Below, piece after piece: positions 1 to 11,587 of a DNA stretch of 64,000 bases; within the stretch, counting starts at the first letter, position 1; each line of letters opens with the position of its first letter. Source of the DNA: Lepidodermella squamata (lineage: Eukaryota > Animalia > Gastrotricha); the NCBI GenBank assembly GCA_047495785.1, contig JBLDXI010000013.1:1116001-1180000 (forward strand). The letters run 5' to 3'. The translations under genes and the position numbers were made by a program. The notes beneath the pieces are model-generated. The model made no database searches, was not told the DNA's origin, and worked only from the letters and a program-made list of their open reading frames with translations.

Positions 1-2469
1 ACGGCCCATTTCTCATGTTGGCAATATTTTCTATATCGTAAAAAGGGATGCAGGCTTACGAGGCGATTCTTCGCTTTTTGCAAGCGTGCTTGTCAGAAAT
101 CCCCTTCACACACAAGTACAATGTAGTGTTTTATCAATATTATAGACGCGTAAAGCAAAAAGGTATGCTTATTATTTTTACTACACGTCTCTCAAAAGTA
201 TATTGATGATGGTAGTACTGTGGAGCGTTTTTACTATGAGCCTGCGATTGTGCGATTCTTATCTTTATCGGCTTGCATTTTTCCGTACTGGTGGTACCTG
301 AAAGCCATATATATTATTGCTTCATAATGTTGAATGCAGTTTTAGTGTTCGTGGTGCAGAAATCAAAACACTAAACGCTGTGGTCGCGTTGGAAACACCG
401 CATTTGCGAGCGCCTAAATCGTTTCTTTTGTTCGATTTCGAGCTTAAAGCGGCTTTTCGCGGAAGCTAGGATGTTCAAGCTTATGGCTTGCTGGCTTTTT
501 GCCTTGCACCTTTCCCCAAAGCTTGCCAATGTGGTTATTTCTTTTTTCATCTAAATAACGTGATGCGATAAGAAACGTGTCGCTCTGTATGTTATTGAAT
601 ACTAATTGTGTAAAATACCTACTGCTCGTAGATTAAAAGACAGCTGAGGGTTATTTACTCAGTGCAATGGTGATAAAACATCGTTTTTGTTGTTTCACTC
701 CATCTTTTTTTCTTGCTGCGCATGTATGCGTGAGCGCCTGTGAATCACCTTAGCATGCCACCCTACAACTTTTTATGCTCAACTACTATCACATCCACTC
801 CTCGTTACGCCGGTGAAGCAAAAGGGCATCTTATGACATCTTGCCTGGATCTCATTGCTGTGCAAATAATTATCGCTCTTAGATAATGTTTTGAGCGATT
901 AAACTCATGAAAACACATTTTTTCTTCAGATTGATGAGTAACCTGGCAATGTTTGCATTAATGATTATTACACTCTCAACAAGTATATTGCAGCTTATGT
1001 AGGTAGCAGTGGCGCTAATTAAATATCTTGTCCGATTTTTTTATTGTGCTATGTCGTTGCAAAAAATTTCGATGGCTTTTATTGTTGATGGAGCCATCGG
1101 CCAAAAAAGCGCGTGTCTGTGCAAACACATTTTTTTCGTCCAGCTTTATTGATGGAATTCGGCTTTGTGTGCGTATGTGTATGCGTGTTAATGTGTTCAG
1201 AAAAACCGCCTCTAGTTATTAGTAGCCTTAGCCATCGGATCTCGTCGACTAATTGAAGGCTCTCGTCACTGCAACGTTTTCATTGTTTTCTTTTTTTGCC
1301 ATGCTGCTACACTGCAGCGTTTTTTCATACTTCTATTCAGTAAGGTGGGTTTTTTCAGTTGACATGGCGTGGTATTTTGTAGTATTTTGTTCCCCCTCGT
1401 GTTATCTTGATTTCGTTCAGTGTAATGCACAGTTCTAAGAGTCAGAGCTAACATCCGTTATCAGGCTTTTTATGCAATCATGACTTTCTTGTAATAAATT
1501 TGCTAGCATAGGCCATTCGTAGTAGTGCCGCAATTTTATCGTTGGTCACATTTTTGCGCTCGCTTTCTCTCTCCAATGGCGGTAATTGTAATGTATACTA
1601 AGCCCAGTGTAGATGTAGGTAGTAACGGTGCACTTCGCTTTCTCAGCAACACCGTATAAATGAAAAATTACTACGATCTTCTCCGTTATTAGCCAATGTT
1701 TGCATTCTTCCACGATGTAAAAAAGGGGCTTGTTCGTTTAGCATGACTGGCTTTGTTGTGAATAATATCTAATTCGCGTTATATTATAATTTTATTAATA
1801 TGCACAACCCTAGGTTTGTATGACATGGAAGTGCGTGAGCGTAAAATAATATAATATTGTAGTAAGTAGTAAGAGACAGCGCTAGAGAAAAACGTAAAAT
1901 GCGCGTGTGCCCAGGCCCAATAGGTATACCTATGCCAAGCAGGCTTTATGTATTATAGTTAACGTGGTGACAAGAAATGCAATGGCAATTTTTACGGGAG
2001 GCAGGTAGGTATATCAACCGTGCTGGCATCATACCATACTACAAAGCGCGTGAAGCAAAAAATGACTGCATTTACGAATACGCACGCACGCACACATGCT
2101 GCTCTCGCCTGCATTTTTAATGGCTTTAATTCTATTACTATACTATCGAGGCCTCGGCGGGCATGTGAGTAGTTGGAGTACGTAGTGGCGGTAGTTGGTT
2201 TAGCTACTTTTACTACCTACTCATTTGAAAAAATAAACAGCTGGAAAAGCTAGTTTTTTCTCTCACTCGGCGACGACGACGATAATCGTTTCTGTTACCG
2301 CACGCGGCTGTTTTATGAAGTATTTACTATACATAATCAACTTACCACATGTTGTGTTTCTTTTGCTGTAGATGTAAATATTTGAGAGAATGTTATCAAT
2401 TAATAAGACCCTGTTTCTCACTGGTTTTAACTACAATTACTATTGACAAATCGACGACTATTTTTACTA

Positions 2470-5400
2470 ATGACAAGCCGTCAATCTACTGCATCGACGA
2501 CTACTATCACTCCACCAGGTTCTTCACCGCCCGGTTCGAACCTTTTAAAACAGCAACAGCCACACCAGCAGCAAAACCAGTCCCTGGCACCGCCGCCACC
2601 ACCGCCACCGACACACCAACAGCTCATGTCGACCTCGCCTCGCGGTAATTTCATGATGACGCCGCCTGAAAATAACACACCGAATGCGATGAATAACGGT
2701 GGCGGGCCTGGCATGCCAGCCGGCGTTTCGAACCCGTTGGGCGGCATGGCGCTGCCCCTCGCGCTGTTGGCGCAACAGCAGCAGCTTCAAATGGCAGCCG
2801 GGCTTGCGGGCGGCAATCAGCAGGGCCCGCCGATTTACATTTACCCGCCGGGCATGCAACCGTTCCCGTGCTACTTTCCAGGCACGCCGATTCCCTACCC
2901 TCACCCTGGTCAAGGTCCGAGTGGGCCGTTCTCGCCAGCGGCGACGACGGCAGCGCTGATGGCAGCAATGACTGGCGTACCGCATCAAAACAACCAAGCC
3001 CTGCCTGGGAGTCCATTTTTCACCGCGCCTGGAATCGGAACTCCGCTGACTCCTGTCTTTCGCTTCAACCAGCCCCAACAACCCATCGCGCCAATGCAGC
3101 CGCCGCCGCCGAACAACTCATCGTCAGCTTCATCGGTGGCAGCTAGCCTCCCACCCCTGAAACAATCGATCGGCGTCGGCAATGACGGCGCCGTCCTATC
3201 GCCGCCGTCTCGCAGTCTGCTCCAGCCGTTGCCGGCGAGTGCGGCGACGCAGCTGAAGAACGGCAACGAGAACAACACTGCTGCCCCGGTGAACACCAGT
3301 GTTGCTTCGTCGCTGCCGTCTTCGCAACAACAACAAATCCTGTCTTCAGCTGCGTCTTTGACGTCGCCCAAACACGACCTCGGCGGTGCAATGGCGTCGC
3401 CACCCGGTGTCAACAACGCGGCCTTGCAACATCAGCAGCAGCAGCAGCAACTCGGCAAGCCGCTCTCGAGTCACGACAATAACGTTCAATCGCAGCATCA
3501 CAGCAATAACAACATCTCGCCTAATAGCAACAACCGCACGCGGAAACGGCCGCCAAATCTCACGATACCAAACTCGAACTATGACGTCGCGCCTACCGCT
3601 GACGCCTGGCCACCGAACACCCCTGGAGGCAGTCAGGGGTCGGTGCCGAAGACGCCGAAAACTGCGCCCTCAATGTCAACCGGTGCAAACAACAATTGGC
3701 AACGCGCGGCGCCGCGAGGCCTGCCAGCCGTTTCCAGCGCTGGGCCTCGCCAACGCGGCCGGCCGCCTCTTCATCACAAACCGCCGATCAACAGCGCCGA
3801 TCACATATTGGCCCCGGCGATGAACGGCTTCCCGCCTTCATCTGCAAATTTTTCATCCAGCTCTTCGACGTACAACTCGCCGAACGTGCTGAACGCGCCG
3901 GGCAACGTCGGCTCGGCGAACAGCTACGGCTCGGGCAGTGATGGCTCGCACCATCAGCAGGAGGTGGTCATCAACAGCCCGTCGCACCTACTCTATCCGG
4001 ACCATTTCAAGCGCGGGTCGTTGATACGTCTGGCCGATGGCAGTTTCAAGTGCGTCGAGGACATGTCGACGAGTGATTTCACGCGTTCGGCACAGCTGAG
4101 CGGCGAGTTGCAACTCGACTCGAGCCAAGTCCTCCACATAGAACCGAATCCTGCACGCGGAGCTGCAATGCTTTACCTCGCAGTGGGTGACCAGTCTCCT
4201 ATCAACATTATCAAGGTAGATATCAAGAGTTTTTATTGTGCCAAATTCGCTATTTTTCGAAATTTTAAGGAGGAGTTTTTAATAATTTCGTTTTTTTTTA
4301 TTCGCCGCAGATTCACGTTGAAGCCCCTCTCGAGCATCCGTTTTTCGTTTACAACGTTGGCTGGTCGTCGTGCGACCCCGAGCGAACACGTGTTCGTTAC
4401 GGCTTGACCGTCAGCCAACTGCGCGTCGGTGACAAGTGCATATCGTTGACAAGGAAGCCGGTGGCGACAACCGGTTCGGTTTCATCGTCGATCGGCCTCG
4501 CAACCTCGCTGCCGCCCCCGCCTCCGATGCCGTTGCGGCGAAGCGGTAACAACACACCGGCCCAACCGGTTGCGCCGGCTCAACCGCAACTACCGCAACA
4601 AATTCAGCAAGTGCAGCCTGATGTCACGTCAAGTTCAACTGAAGAGGCGAACAAGGCGGAAGAAGCGCCCCAAGTGTCAAGTTCGGTGAATGTACCAGTT
4701 GGTATGAAAGAATCTGAAGCTGAGATGGAATCGATAGCTACTGCGTCTTTGCTATCCCTGCAACAATCTAGCAACAGTGAGCTTTTTCGATTGCATATCC
4801 TTCATAATTGTTAAACGTGAAAAATTATTTCAGAAGTCGAGGCAATATCACCTGCTCGAGCAGCTGCTGTAAATACCAGTGCTCCTGGAACTAGTACTAC
4901 TGCTGTGATCAGCGGCTCGAATGAGCACCAAGGAGTCGCCATCTCATCGTCGTCGGCCTCGCCACCGAGGCTCGCCGAGGTTAAGGAGGAAATGCGGAGT
5001 TCCGAGCTACCTTCGACTTCAACTCACCAGGCCTTCTCATCGCCACAATCGCCCAAAATCGAAGACCAATCGTCAGTAGCGAGTGAGCCTTTGGTTGCAG
5101 ATTCAGCTGTGAACAGTTCACCGGTTTCCAATCAGGCCAGAATATCTCAATTGAAATCGCGATTCACCACCTCTCGTCATCAGCACCACCATCACCAACA
5201 CGGTTCTAAACCTCGGTTATGGCTGGTGCCTGGGCAACAGGTGGTTAGTCGCGGTCCCGCCGCCCCTCGACCTGGCTCGACCTCGTACATCGGTCTGCGC
5301 CGCCGGCGCCATCGCTCTACCTCGGCATTAGCGTTGGCTGATCTATCACCCCGATCGAAATTCGTTCCACCTCAAAAAGCCATCGTCACTTCGACCGTTA

Positions 5401-5627
5401 CGCACGTTGACTCGCCGGCGTCTATCGCCAACTCGCAACAGAGCAGTAGCTGCAATGATGAGCGCGTGGCAGCGATGGAGCATGACGACGCGGCAGCTTT
5501 CCAGCCCCAGCCCAACGGCAATGACCACAGTAGGGCTAGCATCGAACCAATGCAAATCGATGTTGAAGGTAACGATAGCTCATCTGCTGCTGCTACGAGT
5601 GCGCCTAGCACTACCTTCGTCGCGTGA
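2470..5627 (+). CDS. ATXN1: Ataxin-1-like AXH-domain protein (3 coding exons: 2470-4215, 4311-4776, 4834-5627; start codon uncertain)
   Basis: Splicing restores a full AXH domain (YPDHFKRGSLIRLADGSFKCVEDMSTSDF...IHVEAPLEHPFFVYNVGWSSCDPERTRVRYGLTVSQLRVGDKCISLT). The N-terminus is Q/P-rich, and there is a basic RRRRHRSTSA motif near the C-terminus. Confidence 0.88.
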
Positions 5628-6863
5628 CGGACGGCCCGGCTTTGGTGACGATGCTACCTCTCTGCCTTCTTGTTTTGCGCAAAAACAACCATTCAGTCGT
5701 AACACATTCTCTCTACCTTCTTGACACCGCTAATAATACTAAAACTGAATTCAAGCAAAAACTGTTCGAAGGGGTGAACGTTGAAACGATACGTACAGCC
5801 ATGTGCTCACAACGAAAAACTGTTAATTTTGTCTGTTTCAAACTGCATTGCTACTCTACTATATTAAAGATTTTCCATTGTTCGAACGTACAAAATCATA
5901 TTGAAACGTTGAAAATATATACATACATACCTTCATCTTCTTATAAAATGGTATACAGAAACTCTCTTATTTTCTTCATTTTTCATGTTGTTTCAATCCT
6001 GGTCCAATTATAAAGAACATATGAACCTGTATAGATTGCAGTGGTTATCGCGAGCGACTTTGATAACGTTGAATTTGAAATAAAAAAGAAAGCTATTTTT
6101 TGGCAATTTTGAATGTTCTTATTATTTGAAGATGGAAGTCGCTCTGTATAGCTCTTTTATCTTTTACTGCGAAATTTTGTGTGCCGATGTTGCCTACAAT
6201 TTTCTTCAAATAATAATTAATAAAAATCTTCTTCAGCAATTCATCCTAACAGCTCGTTTGAACTCTTTTTGTGTTCAACTAAAAGCAAGTATTCTTAAAA
6301 CTGATAGATCTATCAAATACTGCAAATTTAGCGTTTAAAACTAGCTTTGTGTCTCGTGTGTAAAGAATGTCAATTGTGCATGGAATTATCACGATTCTGA
6401 CGAAATGCAGCTAAAATTTAATTAGGGCTGATTTGAAGCCAAGGTCAGAACAATTCCAAGCAGGAACCTTGGATTTTCAATATAAGGCAAACCGAAATCG
6501 CCCAGAAATGAACTGCGAGCTATTTGTATAATTCGTTCCGTTGTCGTTAATTCCATCTATACATACCTATACATAGTTAGTTCAACTAAATAATGGCTGA
6601 GAGAAATCACACGCAACACTCGAGACACTAAACATAAAAGATCATTGTAAAACAAATACGACTTACGATACACATCATTCTTATCGTTCTCTTTTTTTAC
6701 TACATGGAAACTACTGTTTGTTGTGGTTATCGTTGTACTGTTCGGCGCTTGCTCTTACTGAAGGAGCAAGGGATGACGCAAGTTTCCGCATCTAAATAAA
6801 ACGGCAGGCGCAAGGCTCCAAATCGTCGTCTTTTGATACCACTTTTTATTCAGAGTAAAACTT

Positions 6864-8149
6864 TCAAGCGTTAACAATACGAGGCAACAATGTCTCAAGT
6901 CCCAGTCCTTTGCAGCCGTAACAAACCTCTGGCGAAGCAGGCGAAGATTCAAAGGAACACTGAAACAATTCAATTTGGTGAAGGAAACTCATAAACTTTT
7001 CTTAAATCTTACGTAGCATATGGAGCAGCGAACAAAGTTATCTGATGATTTTGCATCCGTCTCCAGCTTTGAACCAGTCCGGAAAGCTGCACTAGCTGTA
7101 GCCGGGTACTCAGCTCCAACCTCAGCTATCATACTTTGGCACATCGCACCAACTGATGAAACAGATCCGCTGAATTTGCTCTAAAATTTTACGAAAATTA
7201 AACTCTATTATAGGCTTTTTCAAGTCAACTCACCATATTTAAATCAGGGTAGGGTAGTGGGTTTACTTTGAAAAATCGAAACATAAGAACAACTTCTTTT
7301 GACGATAAAGCTCGCATAGGTCTACCAAGTGGCAAACCGAATCCCGTCAACCGGTCGACAATCGTCGAAATATGAGCTGCTCTTTCAGCGTATCCAAGCG
7401 AAACGTCGCGAAGCAGAGTAACAGCTAAAGAAGTTTGAGAGCTTGAAAATATTATGCCATCGCACGATGATTCTTTAGCAAAGTCTGCAATCGTTCGGTT
7501 GCGAGCGAGCAGTAACGCTTGTTGCTGCGAGTCCGCTGAAGCACTCAAATCGCTGATCAAATACCGTAGGTCAATGACTTTCCATTCGAGCGTTCCACAG
7601 TTTAGCGGCAAGTATTGCTCAACATTGGCGCACCATTCAGACGAAAGATGAGGACCTCGAACAAACGCCACAATAATCTCTAAATCTGACGAAATTCGCC
7701 TCCTTTCTCGTTCGCCCACTATCAGATGAAGTAAGACTAGGGATGAAGCGCTTCCAGAGAACGCGAAAACCAGTCGCTTAGAAGTGTTGCCCAGCCGATT
7801 ATTCGTGCTGCTGTCAGCCTTTCCCAGCTCTTTCAGATATTTTGTCAGTTCCGCTCGGAATTTATGTTCACTCGTGGTCATAAAGCATTCCCTGATTAGA
7901 TTGATCGTTATTTACAGCTAAAAGCAAAGTATTTCTGAAACCAACTTGCAAATCGCGTTACCGTGGATGAATACGGAAGCTGATGCAGGTGTCTTGCACT
8001 TACTGCAGTCTTTTCTTGAGAACAACTCTGGAACTTGTCACGCAATTTATTTTGGAAAAGTAATACCTGTTCGTGTCTTTACCACTTCCAATCGCCATGT
8101 TTTCGACCGACGACGTCAAGTCAGGATCAATGCCAATAGTACTGCACAT
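6864..8149 (-). CDS. CTU2: Cytoplasmic tRNA 2-thiolation protein 2 (5 exons)
   Basis: Spliced product MCSTIG...CSKCK...ICKECF...HKFRA...LVFAFSGSASSLVLL...RPMRALSSKEV...YPATASAAFRTGSKL...CSIC...CYGC matches CTU2/Ncs2 motifs. Confidence 0.85.
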
Positions 8150-8164
8150 GATGAAACAACAAAA

Positions 8165-8205
8165 CTAAAAAATAAATCCTAACAACCTGACAAACATGTT
8201 TTATT
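8165..8205 (-). promoter_or_regulatory. Putative poly(A) signal plus trans-splice acceptor module between MMADHC and CTU2
   Basis: AATAAA (8205-8200), 33-nt U-rich gap, TTTTTTAG (AG 8166-8165), CTU2 ATG 15 nt later. Confidence 0.5.
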
Positions 8206-8473
8206 TCGACATCGAAAATTTACTTCACTAAACTGGCTATTTCTGGTTACCAATTTCAAAAGATTCACTGGTAGGTGCAACAGGTGTGTAACATAGCGAA
8301 TTACTGCTTTAAATAAGTTTTCTCGATACATTATCTATTCGCTAATCATTACATACATCACAGAAAACCACTAAATGGCAAAAAATAGCGCATAGAAAAT
8401 ACGGGGTTGTTAATAATACGATCAGAATGAACAACTAAATTCCAGAACGAGTCGTCATATTTGTGATTTTCAT

Positions 8474-9268
8474 TCAATTTTCAGGATTCAGGATGCGCTT
8501 GATGACTGGCGAATCAGTAGGAGCGTTGGTGAAAAGTGTGCCAATGAAAACTTTGGTACCCCAAATCGCATGGGAGACGGCTTTGCAGCACCCAAGGTCC
8601 TTGACTTCAACGCCGAAATTCCGCTGAATTGGATCGGTTTCAAACAAAGTTGCGGAGGTATATTGTTGGGACATGAAAGGTCGTCCAGAAGATGGATCAA
8701 TAAAGTCAGCAAAATAACCTTCCGCTTGGAGTGCGCGGCACAACGTAGTAGCGGTGGAAATAAGCTGGGCAGTTAAAATGTCGCGCTCCTCGGCAACAGC
8801 GCTGTTCCAAGCAACCATATCATTTTCTGTGTGGAGAGCGACCGTTAACGCCGTCATTGATGAAGGCAAAACTTGGCCGGGGAACAGTGATTCCAAATCA
8901 CGACGAACATTTTCCTTGCACTCGTATGCGGAAATTTCAACATCGGCAGAGCTAGGGCCATTCATTGCTGAAGCTTGCGAGACAAAATTAAGCCCGCTAG
9001 CAGAAGATTCCTCTACAAATAAATCAACGGGATTGGTAGATGAATTCATAGAACAAGAAGTAGGAAGAGTGACTGCAACGTTGCCAGGAAGAACAAATGG
9101 ATTGGTCGTAACGATTCTTCCATTGTGATCTTCGCACGTCGCATGAGGCACAAGCCGGCCATTTAAATTTTGCGCCGAAAGAACCGCAGGTCCTCGAAGG
9201 CTACGAGCCAAGTGATTTAACGATGGCCAATAGCTTGATGAGCTTCGCAAGGTAACGAAAGCAGACAT
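8474..9268 (-). CDS. MMADHC: Cobalamin trafficking protein CblD (single exon; likely start MSAFVT at 9268)
   Basis: C-terminal motifs LQAEGYFADFIDPSSGRPF, TLFETD, DLGCCKAVSHAIWGTKVFIGTLFTNAP. Confidence 0.92.
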   Translation of the reverse strand: MSAFVTLRSSSSYWPSLNHLARSLRGPAVLSAQNLNGRLVPHATCEDHNGRIVTTNPFVLPGNVAVTLPTSCSMNSSTNPVDLFVEESSASGLNFVSQASAMNGPSSADVEISAYECKENVRRDLESLFPGQVLPSSMTALTVALHTENDMVAWNSAVAEERDILTAQLISTATTLCRALQAEGYFADFIDPSSGRPFMSQQYTSATLFETDPIQRNFGVEVKDLGCCKAVSHAIWGTKVFIGTLFTNAPTDSPVIKRILNPEN

Positions 9269-9384
9269 TTTAATTATTTTAAGATATCTATAAAATTTAG
9301 AAAACAATCAATAATATATATTCATTAGGATTTAGCGCCTTCTGCGAAACGTTCCCTACAATCGTGCAACAGCAGAAATTTTTT

Positions 9385-10287
9385 TCACTTAATCTGAGCT
9401 TCGGTAAGATTGCAAGAACAATGCCCGCCGTTGATGGTCCACAGAACGCCCTTGTAAGCTGCTTTGCCAGAAGCATCGGTAAGTAGATCAGGCATCACCT
9501 GTTCCCAAATTTTCTTCTTCGGATTCAGTTCAGCGTCAGGCTGTCCGGGAAAGCCATCGACAACTACGCGATCGCCTGGCTTGCAGCCAGCCGGAGTGCT
9601 CAGAATTTCGACGACACCATCCTTATTCGCACACATTACCATAGCTTCGGAGCTGATTCCCTTTAATTTAGCTGGCTTGAGATTGCAAAGGAAGATACAA
9701 AAGCGTTTTTGCATCGCGTCGAGAGGAATGTGCTTCGCGAGGCCACTGACCACAGTGCGAATTCGTCCTTCGCCGTCTCCAACGTCAACTTTTTCCACAT
9801 ATAAGTTGTCAGCTTCAGGATGCTTGCTGGCTTCAATAATAAGACCAACGCGCATATCTAAACGCGAAACGTCAACAACTTCGGGCGCAGGGGGTGCAGC
9901 CTCAACTTTTTCCTTGGGTTTCTTTTCAGTTTTCTCCTTGGCAGGCTTGGCTGCTTTTTCAGCCTGACCCTTCGATGGTTGCGAGCTGGCCGCCACCGCC
10001 GCCGCCACGGGAGGGGTGGTATCAGCAACAGCAGTAGAGCCATTTCCGAGTTCAGAGGGCTTAGCTGATTGAAACGATGAATACACCTGCTTTTTGCCAT
10101 TTCTGACTTCAGCGACAACAACAGCTGCTTTAAGCCTCTCAACCTCTTGTGAAAGACGTTCACGCTCAGTTGCCAAAAACGTCTTCAAAGCTTGAGGGTC
10201 CCGCAATAAGGACATGGTGTTGGTAGCAATAGAGAGCAAAGACTCGATACGCTTTGATTGACTTTCCAGCAATACTTTGCTAGCCAT
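9385..10287 (-). CDS. AIMP1: Aminoacyl-tRNA synthetase complex-interacting protein 1 (p43/EMAP II; likely start MASKV at 10287)
   Basis: N-terminal coiled coil (ERLSQEVERLK...AEVRNGKKQV), a K-rich linker, and an EMAP II OB fold (VDVSRLDMRVG...HPEADNLYVEKVDVG...RTVVSGL...CNLKPAKLKGISSEAMVMCA...LNPKKKIWEQV). Confidence 0.92.
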   Translation of the reverse strand: MASKVLLESQSKRIESLLSIATNTMSLLRDPQALKTFLATERERLSQEVERLKAAVVVAEVRNGKKQVYSSFQSAKPSELGNGSTAVADTTPPVAAAVAASSQPSKGQAEKAAKPAKEKTEKKPKEKVEAAPPAPEVVDVSRLDMRVGLIIEASKHPEADNLYVEKVDVGDGEGRIRTVVSGLAKHIPLDAMQKRFCIFLCNLKPAKLKGISSEAMVMCANKDGVVEILSTPAGCKPGDRVVVDGFPGQPDAELNPKKKIWEQVMPDLLTDASGKAAYKGVLWTINGGHCSCNLTEAQIK

Positions 10288-11047
10288 GATTAATATGATC
10301 GCTAAGTTCAATGTAATATAGCTATGATGCATTAAAAGTAAAATAAAAATCAAAGAAGGGAAGTTTATGGAGTTCCTGAAAGCCGAATAAGTTACCACAA
10401 TTACAAATTACAAGCTCAAATGGCTGAGTATGAATCAATTACGCGATTCTACTCTGGCTACTTGGAAATCTTTGTTCTGAGGAAAACCGCGTTTCTTGCA
10501 CGGTTTTTCTATTGCCCCCAGATGTTACACCTAAAAAAGTGAGCGATGACCGAAAACAATTCATCATTATTGAAGCACCTTATACCTAAGCCATCACCCT
10601 TTTTCACCGAACCTTATCCAGTCCGAAACTGGGTCTCTCTCAAAACTCCTGCCCGAACAAACGCATAGCTCGTGAAAAAGCTTTATTACGCGTTAAATTG
10701 GGATGACAATTTAAAATACTGATCGTGTTGATTATTTTAATTATTTGAAGCACACATCATCAGTCGATTTGTCCTTCACACATATATAGTCTGCGATGTC
10801 TCAGCTTTTTTGGTCTCAGGTTGGTGGATGAAAAAGTGCCAGCCATCAGCTTCGCCCCGGGATGCTTAGGGCAGTTGGGTGGTTTGTGGACTTGATAACA
10901 TTCATCATTCATCGCCTTATGATTAATCGCTCTTCGCTCTTCTTTATTTGGCACCAAGTATCTATTAAATGGTTGCTACTTGTTACTGGACTAAATCTGG
11001 GCTTGTAATAGAATATATAGATCAAGTGTTAACGAGATATCAGTGAA

Positions 11048-11479
11048 ATGGTTATAAAGCATCTTGCGCAAATTATTGTCGTTGGTGCTCAGCTGGTCGG
11101 CCGAGCTTTCAGTAAAGCTTTTCAAGAAGAATTAGCGGCGAGTCGAGCTGCAGCTGAACGCCATCGAAACTCGCAGCAATCATCTAATTCAAGTTCTTCC
11201 GCAACATCAAGCTGGCATGCGAGTGCTGACTCATTGCAAGGAATCACGCTGCAAGAGGCCAAGCAAATCCTCAATATTTCGGAGCTTCAACCGGAAAATA
11301 TCAGCAAAAGCTACGAGCATCTATTTGCCGTCAATGATAAGAGCAAGGGCGGGTCCCTCTACCTTCAATCTAAAGTAGTCAGAGCAAAAGAACGTATTGA
11401 CTATGAGTTGACTTTGCTTGAACGTAACAATCAACAAAAAGGTACTAACGATACATCCGGTGAAACAAAAAAAGAGTGA
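11048..11479 (+). CDS. PAM16: Mitochondrial import motor subunit Tim16/Magmas
   Basis: [19 protein letters not shown]...[11 protein letters not shown]...[30 protein letters not shown] is the family signature. Confidence 0.95.
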   Translation: MVIKHLAQIIVVGAQLVGRAFSKAFQEELAASRAAAERHRNSQQSSNSSSSATSSWHASADSLQGITLQEAKQILNISELQPENISKSYEHLFAVNDKSKGGSLYLQSKVVRAKERIDYELTLLERNNQQKGTNDTSGETKKE

Positions 11480-11587
11480 ACGTAGTTTCTAAAGTTTCTA
11501 TTCTCTCTCAAGTAACCTTGTGCCATAGAAATGAATCAAGTCCATGTTTCATTTACTTGTCTTAGATTGCATTCCCATTATTTTTGA

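Noticed and set aside
1-2440. Short ORFs upstream of ataxin-1
   Set aside because: AT-rich, F/L/C-rich translations typical of non-coding DNA; probably intron or upstream regulatory sequence.
2481-5724. Many overlapping antisense and alternate-frame ORFs over ataxin-1
   Set aside because: Shadow ORFs of a GC-rich low-complexity coding region; no recognisable motifs.
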